A model generated the notes under the pieces. The model saw only the letters and a program-made list of their open reading frames with translations, did not search any database and had not been told where the DNA came from. The position numbers and the translations under genes were made by a program. From contig DCGM01000106.1 of NCBI GenBank assembly GCA_002315255.1, forward strand, positions 9,064-63,846: a DNA stretch of 54,783 nt, in the 5' to 3' direction. Within the stretch, counting starts at the first letter, position 1; each line of letters starts with the position of its first letter. The stretch is from Lachnospiraceae bacterium UBA1778. GTDB taxonomy: Bacteria; Bacillota; Clostridia; Lachnospirales; Lachnospiraceae. Positions 39,796-47,547 of the stretch are shown here, in pieces.

Positions 39796-41487
39796 TTAAG
39801 ACATCTTCTGCATACGCTCCAGGTATTCCTTACAGATCTGGAAGTTCTGCTTACCGAATGCCTTATCGAGATAAAGCACGAACTTATGGAGTTCGTCCTT
39901 GATGAAGCCCATGTTCAGGGATTCAAACTTACGAAGGATCTTCTTCGCAATGATGAAGTCGAGACCATCCAGCTCTGTACCGCCGCAGGCGATAAAGCAC
40001 GGGACGAATTCACGTAACTGCTTCATAATACGGTTACCGAACGCGAGACGGAAGTGCTTGATGACGTATGCGTCCATTTCATCCAGCTTCTTCATATTCT
40101 CGGCCGATACCGGGTATTTCTTCTTCGCTTCCGCGAACATCTCGGAAAGATGCTTTGCGGTTACATAGACCGGGTCTGCGTCTTCGCAGGTAAACGACTG
40201 CGCCTTCGAATCCAAGTCGATCGGGATAGCACGGTCGTAGACCTTATCTGCAACTGCGAATGTGGAGTCATCGTTGTTGATGGTTCCGACGAACCAGGTG
40301 TTGTCGTTTACATGGACCTTACCGCCGTTGATCAAGCACGGGTCATTGTCCCAGGTGGTCGTGACGATATCGACGAGCCACTCCTCCGGTCGCGGCATTT
40401 CGAGGACGGAAAGCATTTCTGCGAAGTAGTACTCGACACGCGCGATGTTCATTTCATCGAGGATGATGATATGCGGATCTTTATAGTAGTTCGCCTCGTA
40501 GATAGCGCGGAGGAAGTCCGTTTCATTGAACATACGGGTGAATTCGTTAAAGTATCCGAAAAGCTCGGTACGTTCACGCCATGCCGGCTGAACGGCTGCA
40601 ACCGTCGTATCTAACTGCACATATTTACCGAATGAATACGGAAGGGAGGTTTTACCTGTACCGGAAATACCCTGTAAGATGATCATTCGGGAAGCGCCCA
40701 TGGACGCTACGAAGAAGCGCATGATGCTGATATCATAGAAGAGACGTAAGCGGGACGCTGCAAAGAGACGCCAGCGGTTACAGAACTCTTCCAATGTGAT
40801 CTCGTTATCGTAGACAGGCTCCTGATACTCGGTCTTATAGTAGTTATCAACCGTAGTAAGACGGAAGAAACGGCTCGTTTCAGGCGCAATCGGCGGTGAA
40901 TCCGGCGTATTCCGCTTGCCGTCGGCCGTATGGCCCTCGTCTCCGTGCGCTTCGCTGCTTCCGCCTGCTCCGCCACCGCCGGAGCCGCCGGCTCCGCCGA
41001 TACCTCCGAGTCCTGCGACGCCTTCGGTCACGTCTGCGCCGTTTCCGGAAAGCTCTGCCGCAATCTTCGACTGGCCCTCGAGATCCAGAATGTCGGTTCT
41101 CGCCTCCATGCCCATCTCAGCCACCTTCATAGCGAGAATCTTATCCTTCTCGTAATTCAGACGGAAGACTTCACGGTTCAGCTTCGCGACTTCTTCCTTC
41201 ATCCGCTCATACTCTTTTACCGGGACCTTGAAGGTCAGCATCTTTTTAATGAGCTTGATTAAGAAGAAAACGCCGACAGCAATGATGGCGATGAGAAGAA
41301 GGTTTTCTAAACCTACGAGAATCCAGCCCGGAACATCAAAATCCGGGGCATAGCTCTCGATGATCTTCATTCGCATCGGGAAGTTTAAAAGTGTATTCAG
41401 GAAATTAAAGATATCGATAAATATCTGGACAAAAGCTTCCCAGATCAATCCTAAATCCTGATAACAGTATTTCAGAAACGCATCCAT
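39796..41487 (-). CDS. Membrane-anchored McrB-family (COG1401/AAA_5-type) AAA+ NTPase (563 aa from the preferred start)
   Basis: The preferred ATG is at 41487 (GGAG plus 5 nt); the ORF-track start is at 41538.
- N-terminus has two hydrophobic segments (LGLIWEAFVQIFIDIFNFLNTLLNF; WILVGLENLLLIAIIAVGVFFLIKLI followed by KKMLTFK).
- Then a coiled-coil (EYERMKEEVAKLNREVFRLNYEKDKILAMK).
- Then a Gly-rich linker GLGGIGGAGGSGGGGAGGSS.
- Then the AAA+ core: Walker A GISGTGKTS and Walker B HIIILDEMN.
- The McrB-family signatures are LDEMNIARVEYYFAEMLSVLE and FVGTINNDDSTFAVADKVYDRAIPIDL. Confidence 0.8.
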   Translation of the reverse strand: MDAFLKYCYQDLGLIWEAFVQIFIDIFNFLNTLLNFPMRMKIIESYAPDFDVPGWILVGLENLLLIAIIAVGVFFLIKLIKKMLTFKVPVKEYERMKEEVAKLNREVFRLNYEKDKILAMKVAEMGMEARTDILDLEGQSKIAAELSGNGADVTEGVAGLGGIGGAGGSGGGGAGGSSEAHGDEGHTADGKRNTPDSPPIAPETSRFFRLTTVDNYYKTEYQEPVYDNEITLEEFCNRWRLFAASRLRLFYDISIMRFFVASMGASRMIILQGISGTGKTSLPYSFGKYVQLDTTVAAVQPAWRERTELFGYFNEFTRMFNETDFLRAIYEANYYKDPHIIILDEMNIARVEYYFAEMLSVLEMPRPEEWLVDIVTTTWDNDPCLINGGKVHVNDNTWFVGTINNDDSTFAVADKVYDRAIPIDLDSKAQSFTCEDADPVYVTAKHLSEMFAEAKKKYPVSAENMKKLDEMDAYVIKHFRLAFGNRIMKQLREFVPCFIACGGTELDGLDFIIAKKILRKFESLNMGFIKDELHKFVLYLDKAFGKQNFQICKEYLERMQKMS

Positions 41488-41572
41488 GTCTACTCCAAAA
41501 AAAGGTTTGTCCGTGTTCAATGGCGGTGCGCGTGACACGTGCTGTCCGCTGAACCCCGAATAAGTGCAGTTA

Positions 41573-41655
41573 TTTCACGGAAGGAAGACTCCCGTGAAAC
41601 AGCTGGTCTCTATGTGCGGCCGGTCAGGCCGCGGAAACGGCTGAAACCGCCGTTT
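41573..41655 (-). promoter_or_regulatory. Three consecutive stem-loops in the 190-nt spacer upstream of the AAA+ gene
   Basis: On the minus strand:
- AACGGC-gguuuca-GCCGUU (41654..41636);
- GCGGCC-ugacc-GGCCGC (41632..41616);
- UUUCACGGGA-gucuucc-UUCCGUGAAA (41599..41573; 10 bp with one G-U pair).
None has a clean U-tract. This could be a structured leader, a weak terminator or a processing region. Confidence 0.3.
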
Positions 41656-41678
41656 TTACGCATGTTTCGCTTCCGGCT

Positions 41679-42467
41679 TTACTGGTCTCCTGCCGATGGT
41701 GATGCTGCTGCAGGAGCGACTGCAGGTGCTGCAGCTGCCGCTGCTTCCTCTGCTTTCTTTGCTGCGTTTGCGGCCTGCATTGCCTGAATCTGAGCGATCT
41801 GCTCCGGAGAGAGGCCCATAGCAGCCATCTTCGCATCAACCTCTGCCTGATAATCGAGACGGGTCTTCTCTGCCTTGTATGCGAACAGGGACTTGAAGAA
41901 GTTCACGATTTCGACGATGAAGAGGATCGCGCACGGAAGAACGATGCAGACTAAGAAGCCAATGCTCGTCTCCGCGAAGCTGATAACATAGCCGATTCCC
42001 GGAATATGGAAAGCGTACTTGCCGACGACGGAGGACTGATGAACTGTCAGACCGTCTTCGATGGTGTTGTTATCACCCTTCGTGACGAAGGAATAGTAGT
42101 TGCCGTAATCTTCGACCTGGATGATTCTATGGGAGTTTAATGCACGCTCGCCGTTGATTACCGTCCAGAAGGTGATGACGTCGTTTACCTTTAAGGTAGA
42201 GGGGTCGGTAACCTTCGTGTCGACGATTACATCGCCCTTCGAGAAGGTCGGCTTCATAGAATCAGACTCGATCGCAAACCAGCTGACACCGAATACGTTC
42301 GGCACGCCGTCGCCATTCTTTGAAATAAATGCAGAGAAGCTGACAAACAATGCAAACACGATGACGAGAACGACTACGATGTTTACAATGGTATTTAACG
42401 CCTTTTTCGGCTTCTTCTCCTGCTGGCCTTCTGTCGTCACAGAAACATTTTTAGCGGTTTTACTCAT
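41679..42467 (-). CDS. sipW: SipW/Sec11-type (S26B) signal peptidase I with an Ala/Gln-rich C-terminal tail (262 aa)
   Basis: The ATG at 42467 follows GAGG plus an A8 spacer.
- N-terminal TM IVNIVVVLVIVFALFVSFSAFI.
- Ser box FAIESDSMKPT.
- His box NSHRIIQ.
- VTKGDNNTIEDG.
- Second TM IGFLVCIVLPCAILFIVEIV.
- Tail ...GLSPEQIAQIQAMQAANAAKKAEEAAAAAAPAVAPAAASPSAGDQ. Confidence 0.85.
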   Translation of the reverse strand: MSKTAKNVSVTTEGQQEKKPKKALNTIVNIVVVLVIVFALFVSFSAFISKNGDGVPNVFGVSWFAIESDSMKPTFSKGDVIVDTKVTDPSTLKVNDVITFWTVINGERALNSHRIIQVEDYGNYYSFVTKGDNNTIEDGLTVHQSSVVGKYAFHIPGIGYVISFAETSIGFLVCIVLPCAILFIVEIVNFFKSLFAYKAEKTRLDYQAEVDAKMAAMGLSPEQIAQIQAMQAANAAKKAEEAAAAAAPAVAPAAASPSAGDQ

Positions 42468-42543
42468 TTTTTTTACCTCACTCTCTCAATACTTGAGAAA
42501 AAATTATTTAAGCTTGTAAAGTAAGCTCAGACTAAAGGGGGTT

Positions 42544-43800
42544 CTATTCGCGGCCGGTGAGTTCCAGATTCATCCGGAACGCGCTGCCCGCTATGTCATT
42601 CCAGCAATCAGGGTCTTGCCCTTCCAGCCAGATGAACATACGTACTTTAACCGGTTCATCCTTGATCAGGTGTATGATCGATACGTCTGAACCGTTTTGG
42701 CCGGCTTCACCGAGGATGCTCACATAGCGCGATGCCGTTCCTGACGTCTGCAGGCGGTCGGTCACATACTGTGAAGAGATGAAGTAGCCGTAATTTAAGA
42801 TTTCTGCGGATGTAACCTTTTGGCGGTTCCGGAGCTTTTCGAGGACGTCCTCCTCGTCCCAGCTGCTGCTCTTCTGAATGATGAGCTTCGCCGGATCGAT
42901 CGTTACCGGTTCGATCACCGTCTTTCCGTTACTGTCAAGGGTAAATCCGAGCGGCTTTGTTTCGAGATAATTGCCGTTCTGGAATACCTCCGCAGAGAAG
43001 TCATTGCCTAACACATACCGGCCGGCCTGGTCCTGTTCGCCGGAGCCCGGCTTTCCGGTGCTTGTACGGATATCGGAATTCGGTTCGTAGATGACAAAAC
43101 CGTTTTTCGGATAGATGTCCGAATATCCGGTATTGTCCAGCCCTGACGCTTCGCTGTAAGCAGGGTTCGTCAGGAAACCGATCCGGATGCAGTTTTCGCC
43201 GCCGTAGGAGAGCTTTAAGGTTTCTTCGCCGTCCTTCACTTTCAGTATGGGCTGACCGAGAATGTAAGTTCCCTGAATGCCCTCATCGGTCAGGAGATCG
43301 TCGAAGGAGTCGGCCTCCGGGAAGGAAAGGTGAACCGTACATCCGTCTTCCACTTGTGTCATCAGATAAAAATCTACGTAGTAGTAATAGCCTTCTTTAT
43401 CGCGCTCGTTCAGTTCATCGCCTTCTAAAGGATTTCCTTCATCGTCCAGCGCTGAGATATTCGCATGCTCGAGCCGGTCATCTAAGATGAATTCCTTCGC
43501 TTCCATCAGCATACCTTCTACCTGATAGGCAGGCAGGAACCAGTTCAGACCGTCCACCGTCGATACGGGGTGAAGGCCGATCAGATTCTGAAAGGCATCG
43601 GAAAGGTTTACATACTGTCCGAAATTCTCTCCGTCAGAAGAGATTAAGATCGTCCGGTCGGCATAGATTCCGACTTTGACGGCGGAAGCCTCCGGCGTCG
43701 TCGAAATCGTGTACCAGGCAAAGGATACGCCTCCCAGAACTACAACTGACAGGAGAAGTGCGATTCCTGTTATGAGCAGTTTCTTCGGGAGTTTTCTCAT
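42544..43800 (-). CDS. Exported protein, family 1 (SFAW signal motif; C-terminal IWLEGQDPDC box), 418 aa
   Basis: The gene has an ATGA overlap with the upstream paralogue.
- N-terminus: MRKLPKKLLITGIALLLSVVVLGGVSFAWYTISTTPEASAVKVGIYA.
- C-terminus: VKVRMFIWLEGQDPDCWNDIAGSAFRMNLELTGRE.
This is a paralogue of the 342-, 329- and 400-aa proteins. Confidence 0.75.
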   Translation of the reverse strand: MRKLPKKLLITGIALLLSVVVLGGVSFAWYTISTTPEASAVKVGIYADRTILISSDGENFGQYVNLSDAFQNLIGLHPVSTVDGLNWFLPAYQVEGMLMEAKEFILDDRLEHANISALDDEGNPLEGDELNERDKEGYYYYVDFYLMTQVEDGCTVHLSFPEADSFDDLLTDEGIQGTYILGQPILKVKDGEETLKLSYGGENCIRIGFLTNPAYSEASGLDNTGYSDIYPKNGFVIYEPNSDIRTSTGKPGSGEQDQAGRYVLGNDFSAEVFQNGNYLETKPLGFTLDSNGKTVIEPVTIDPAKLIIQKSSSWDEEDVLEKLRNRQKVTSAEILNYGYFISSQYVTDRLQTSGTASRYVSILGEAGQNGSDVSIIHLIKDEPVKVRMFIWLEGQDPDCWNDIAGSAFRMNLELTGRE

Positions 43801-44825
43801 TCATTGCCCTCCTTCTTTTTATACTCGGAGTAAGGGACAACCTCGGATTCCCGATCTTTTGTATAGGCCTTAAACTGGATGTTTGCGAAAAGCTCGCCGC
43901 CCGCGGTCATGTTCGTGCAGTCCGCATCCTGGCCTTCCAGCCAGATATACAGGCGGACATGGCGCTCTTCGCCATCTTTAAGGTCAAACAGGATATTTCG
44001 ATCCATGTTTTCGTTTTCAATGAACTCGCCCGGCGTATAGATGACCTCGTCCTTCAGCACCGGATATTTGTCTTCCCATGTGGAGCAATACTGCTGGAGA
44101 AGGAGTCCGTTTGAGCCCTGAAGCACATCGCCTTTATAGCTGTAGGTAGTCTTTAAGCCCGTTCCGCCGTCCGCGTTCGGTTCGTAAATAATGAACGTCG
44201 CGGGTTCGATCTCTTTCCCGCTTTCGTCCTTCCGGCCTTCAATGAGGAATGCCATACGCATCGCATACTGGGCGCCGCCGCCCTGGTCTTCATGGACAAA
44301 GGTGGTGGTATTCCATTCCGGCTCTCCGATTAAGAAGGTGCCGGCGCCGAGCGTTCCGTCCTCGCGCTGCACTGCATCTGAAAAGGCTACATTGCAGGCA
44401 GAGCCGCAGGTGACGAAGAAATCGGTATAGAAGATGTAGCAGCCGCTGCTCGTCTGGTTTTCAGGTAAAATATCGCCTGTCTCCGGATCGGTCAGTTTAA
44501 ACGCTTTCGCCATATTCGTCCGCCCGTCAATGCCATAGTAGGGGGCGTAGAATGCGCCGTCCTCGGGGACGTAGGTGGCGGGATGAAGGACTCCCGTGTT
44601 CTTCGATACCGTTTCGAGATCGAGGATCGTGCTGTAGACTCCTGCGGTGCCCTCCGGCGTCGACTTCGCGACGGAGAGCGCATTGTCGGTCGTAACGGTG
44701 ATCGTAATGTCTGAAACAAGCGGTGTGGAGGAAATCGAGAGCCACGCGAAGGAGACCGATGTAAACAGGATGACCGCGACCGCCATGATCCAGAATGCTA
44801 TAATCATTTTTTTACGGTTGGTCAT
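43797..44825 (-). CDS. Exported protein, family 1 (SFAW signal motif; IWLEGQDADC box), 342 aa from the preferred start
   Basis: The preferred ATG is at 44825, preceded by AAAGGAGAG plus 4 nt. The ORF track adds 14 codons.
- N-terminus: MTNRKKMIIAFWIMAVAVILFTSVSFAWLSISSTPLVSDITITV.
- C-terminus: HVRLYIWLEGQDADCTNMTAGGELFANIQFKAYT. Confidence 0.75.
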   Translation of the reverse strand: MTNRKKMIIAFWIMAVAVILFTSVSFAWLSISSTPLVSDITITVTTDNALSVAKSTPEGTAGVYSTILDLETVSKNTGVLHPATYVPEDGAFYAPYYGIDGRTNMAKAFKLTDPETGDILPENQTSSGCYIFYTDFFVTCGSACNVAFSDAVQREDGTLGAGTFLIGEPEWNTTTFVHEDQGGGAQYAMRMAFLIEGRKDESGKEIEPATFIIYEPNADGGTGLKTTYSYKGDVLQGSNGLLLQQYCSTWEDKYPVLKDEVIYTPGEFIENENMDRNILFDLKDGEERHVRLYIWLEGQDADCTNMTAGGELFANIQFKAYTKDRESEVVPYSEYKKKEGNE

Positions 44826-45084
44826 GTTTCTCTCCTTTTCGCGGACAGTAGTCCCCCTGCCCTTCATACAAACAGATTGTATGCTAAAATTGTTTCCAAT
44901 ATATGTTTAACTTTTGTAGATTCTGTATTCAAACCGTCATAATCACTGGTTTTTCCGGCTTTTTCGCATCGAAACAAAATGTTTCGTAAAATGTTCACAA
45001 TTCAGATGTGGCTGGCACGAGAATCGCGGCGGATCTCCCAGTCTGTCAAATAACTCGCGCAGACCGAGAAGTGCGCTTCCAGAC

Positions 45085-45120
45085 ATAAAAAATTCCCGGG
45101 GACTTTTATGGTCCCCGGGA
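45085..45120 (-). terminator. Rho-independent terminator downstream of the 329-aa family-1 gene
   Basis: Minus-strand RNA is UCCCGGGGA-ccauaaaag-UCCCCGGGA (perfect 9-bp GC-rich stem, 45120..45094) followed by AAUUUUUUAU (45093..45084). This is the only canonical intrinsic terminator I found in the window. Confidence 0.75.
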
Positions 45121-45247
45121 AGATGTTTATTCAGGCTATAAGCCATCTTTCAATTTTTCATCGGTTCCTGGTGTTCGCCTGTACCCAGGGCCGCGCCGGA
45201 TCTCTCCGGTAATCCGCTAATAAGCGGGAATGATTCATCAGAATCGA

Positions 45248-46237
45248 TTATTCAGCTGCTGACGGATCAACATAGTCGATGCCAAGGTCAAGAAGGTGAG
45301 CAGAATGCTGGAACTGAATGTTGATAGCAGCGCTCTTTTCGTCGTTCGCAAAGTCAGCGTTCGTGACATCATTACCTTTGACGAAGATGTACATCGAAAC
45401 TTTAACAGCGGTGTTAAGGTTGTTCTCGTCTACATCAGTGGTCGCAGTATCATCTGCAGTGAAGGTGTAGATCGTGGTAGAAGAAAGCGGGAACTTACCG
45501 GTGCCAACGCCCTCTTCATCTTCAATCTCTGCGCCTCTGGTAGCATATACCATCGCTGCGTCGCCAACCTTGAAGCCGATCGTGATGAGTTCTGCTGCTT
45601 CACCAGAGATGTAGCTGCCTTCGCCATCGACACCGTTTCCACGGTCATAGTCCTGATCTTTAATGTCGCTTGCCAGGATTGAAAGGTTTCCTGCAACGTT
45701 GGTACGGACGAAATAGTCGATACGATATGCCCAGACATTGCCGGAAGCATCGATCAGTTCGAAAAGACCGCCATCGGTGTAAGCTGCAGATGCTGCAGTT
45801 TCATCGATCAGTTCTTCAAACGTCGGGGTCAGAGAACTGACTTCTTTGATTCTGCCGTCTTCGCCGAAGTTCGGAGCCTTCGCGTCAAAAGAGAAGAAAG
45901 ATTCGCCATCAGCATCCGTGCTGCAGGTCTCTTCGATAGCGATCGGCTTTAAGGAATCAGTGGTATGAGCCGTGAAGTAAGCGGTAACATCAACGAGGTT
46001 TCCCCAAGCGGTATTCTTACCGGTATCAGCGGTTCCGGAAGCAGACGGAGCAGTGCCGGAGCCGTCGCTTGCAAGAGCGATTTCCAAGTTGCCGTTCGCT
46101 GCGACACGGGTGGAAATTCCCTTGATTTCCGGTGCCGTAGAAATCGTGAACCATGCGAATGATGAGCTGGTCATTAAGACCGTAGCGATCGCGAGAGACG
46201 CGATAGACGCCATTAACTTTGTTTTCAAATTCTTCAT
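45248..46237 (-). CDS. Exported protein, family 1; candidate major subunit (329 aa)
   Basis: This gene has the best RBS in the cluster (GGAGGATTCAA-ATG), its own upstream AT-rich region and its own terminator.
- N-terminus: MKNLKTKLMASIASLAIATVLMTSSSFAWFTISTAPEIKGISTRVAANGNLEIA.
- C-terminus: VKVSMYIFVKGNDVTNADFANDEKSAAINIQFQHS (a relaxed version of the IWLEG.D.DC box with no Cys). Confidence 0.75.
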   Translation of the reverse strand: MKNLKTKLMASIASLAIATVLMTSSSFAWFTISTAPEIKGISTRVAANGNLEIALASDGSGTAPSASGTADTGKNTAWGNLVDVTAYFTAHTTDSLKPIAIEETCSTDADGESFFSFDAKAPNFGEDGRIKEVSSLTPTFEELIDETAASAAYTDGGLFELIDASGNVWAYRIDYFVRTNVAGNLSILASDIKDQDYDRGNGVDGEGSYISGEAAELITIGFKVGDAAMVYATRGAEIEDEEGVGTGKFPLSSTTIYTFTADDTATTDVDENNLNTAVKVSMYIFVKGNDVTNADFANDEKSAAINIQFQHSAHLLDLGIDYVDPSAAE

Positions 46238-46268
46238 TTGAATCCTCCAAATTTTTAATGTTTTTTTA

Positions 46269-46276
46269 TTTATACA
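46269..46276 (-). promoter_or_regulatory. Possible extended -10 element (TGTATAAA) for the 329-aa gene
   Basis: The minus strand reads ...GAGTTGTATAAATAAAAAAACATTAAAAATTTGGAGGATTCAAATG. TG plus TATAAA lies ~32 nt upstream of the start codon. I found no good -35. Confidence 0.25.
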
Positions 46277-46353
46277 ACTCTCAATGGATAGGCGGATCCG
46301 TTGAAAGGATGTACCAATATCAGAGGCGGCTTTTTAGGGCGCGCCTTCGGACG

Positions 46354-47547
46354 CTATTTCGCGTCCTTATCACCGACTTCCTGATTGCCGCCGGCGACAT
46401 CCTGGCTTTCCTCTTCTTTCGTTTCTTCTGCTGCCTGCTGTTCCTTCTGATAGCGGCCCATCATGTAGTCGCTATATTCGGTACGCCAGACACCGGAGAA
46501 GAGGTTTCGTTCTTCATCGTCAATGACGTTGAAGTCCATCGTGTATTTCGCAAATCCTCCGAAGATGTCGTTCTTGCAGTCCGGGTCATTGCCCTCGAGC
46601 CAGATGACGATCGTGTATTTGTGAATTCCGCCCGCCGGAACGTTATTGACGAGGCCCTGTACGACGAGGTTATCGTCGACATAGGAGGTCGTCACGACTG
46701 CCCACCGGCCATCTTCTTTCTTGTACTGGTCTTCGGTGTAAGCCTGATCGTAGAACGGCGGAGTATAATATCCGTAAAGGCCTTCGGCATCTCCGGCGAC
46801 ATCCGGCGCAGCGTAAATGATCTGACGCCCGTCTTCGTAGAGCATGACCCAAACGGCTTTATCCACATTCAATGTACTGTCGGTCAGCTTCAGCTGGTAC
46901 TGATAGCTTCCCGGTTTCTCGCCCTCGTTCCGGATATAGAACGTATAAGCGAAATGGTGTCTTCCGTTATGTGAGCCGTCGATCTCGTCGACATTGCTTG
47001 GAAGATCCTCTAAGGTGATATTCGTGATTTCTTCGCATTTCTCACAGAAAAGACGGGAAGCTGTCCGCTCGAAATTCGAGGTTTCGGAAAGCACGAAGCC
47101 GCTTCGCATCATTTCTGTCGTCAGGTTGACGGTGAAGGCGCCGGCCTGGTCCGTAACATAGGACCAGAGGAATAAGGCAAGCGTGAGAAGCGCTGCTAAG
47201 AGGAGGATCGCCTTCAGACCGAAATGGGTTTTAAACCAATCAATCAGCCGTCTCCACCAGAGGAAGTATTTCCGCTTCTTATCGTCATAGTAGAGACCCA
47301 TCTCGTAAGCGATCTGTTCGAAATCTTCTCGCTTCGTGATGCCACGGTCTTTTAAGTCGGTCCGCAGGATTCGGCGTGCTTTCTTAACACGTTTGACCCA
47401 TTCTTTATATTCCGGGTCCGATTCCCTCGGTCTCGTTCCGACGTCGTATGGCGACCGGTACTCTTCCGCTTTCTTCGCGAATTCTTCGGATTCAGTTGTC
47501 TTTACTTCCGGATTCTCCGGAATGCTTTCGTTCAGCTGCTCCGCCAA
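46354..47547 (-). CDS. Membrane-anchored family-1 paralogue with a ~110-aa cytoplasmic N-terminal extension (about 397-400 aa)
   Basis: The start is uncertain. The GTG at 47556 (ORF track) has no spacer to its RBS. The TTG at 47547 has GAGGTG plus 6 nt.
- Charged N-terminal region: ...EEYRSPYDVGTRPRESDPEYKEWVKRVKKARRILRTDLKDRG....
- TM: LKAILLLAALLTLALFLWSYV.
- Then TDQAGAFTVNLT (compare SFAWYTIS....AVKVGI) and the family-1 C-terminal box HKYTIVIWLEGNDPDCKNDIFGGFAKYTMDFNVI.
- Acidic tail. Confidence 0.75.
   Translation of the reverse strand: MAEQLNESIPENPEVKTTESEEFAKKAEEYRSPYDVGTRPRESDPEYKEWVKRVKKARRILRTDLKDRGITKREDFEQIAYEMGLYYDDKKRKYFLWWRRLIDWFKTHFGLKAILLLAALLTLALFLWSYVTDQAGAFTVNLTTEMMRSGFVLSETSNFERTASRLFCEKCEEITNITLEDLPSNVDEIDGSHNGRHHFAYTFYIRNEGEKPGSYQYQLKLTDSTLNVDKAVWVMLYEDGRQIIYAAPDVAGDAEGLYGYYTPPFYDQAYTEDQYKKEDGRWAVVTTSYVDDNLVVQGLVNNVPAGGIHKYTIVIWLEGNDPDCKNDIFGGFAKYTMDFNVIDDEERNLFSGVWRTEYSDYMMGRYQKEQQAAEETKEEESQDVAGGNQEVGDKDAK

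Noticed and set aside
37342-41487. Annotating the AAA+ pair simply as a McrBC restriction system
   Set aside because: The McrB-like protein has a TM/coiled-coil N-terminus instead of a DNA-reader domain. I cannot find a PD-(D/E)xK core in the partner. The pair overlaps a signal-peptidase gene. A defence role is kept as an alternative hypothesis but not adopted as the call.
41488-41678. c-di-GMP riboswitch in the structured spacer (also considered for 46238..46353 and 49751..50034)
   Set aside because: I could not find the conserved GEMM-type elements (GCAAA tetraloop-receptor pair, ACGCAAAGCC-like core). Only generic hairpins are present.
44943-45146. 67-aa minus-strand ORF in the 380-nt spacer after the 329-aa gene
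   Set aside because: It runs straight through the strong terminator hairpin (45085-45120). It has no RBS and no recognisable features.
46219-46974. 251-aa + strand ORF overlapping the promoter region of the 329-aa gene and the 3' half of the 400-aa gene
   Set aside because: It is antisense to a well-supported CDS that has clear paralogues. No RBS is present, and the sequence is low-complexity and hydrophobic without any pattern.
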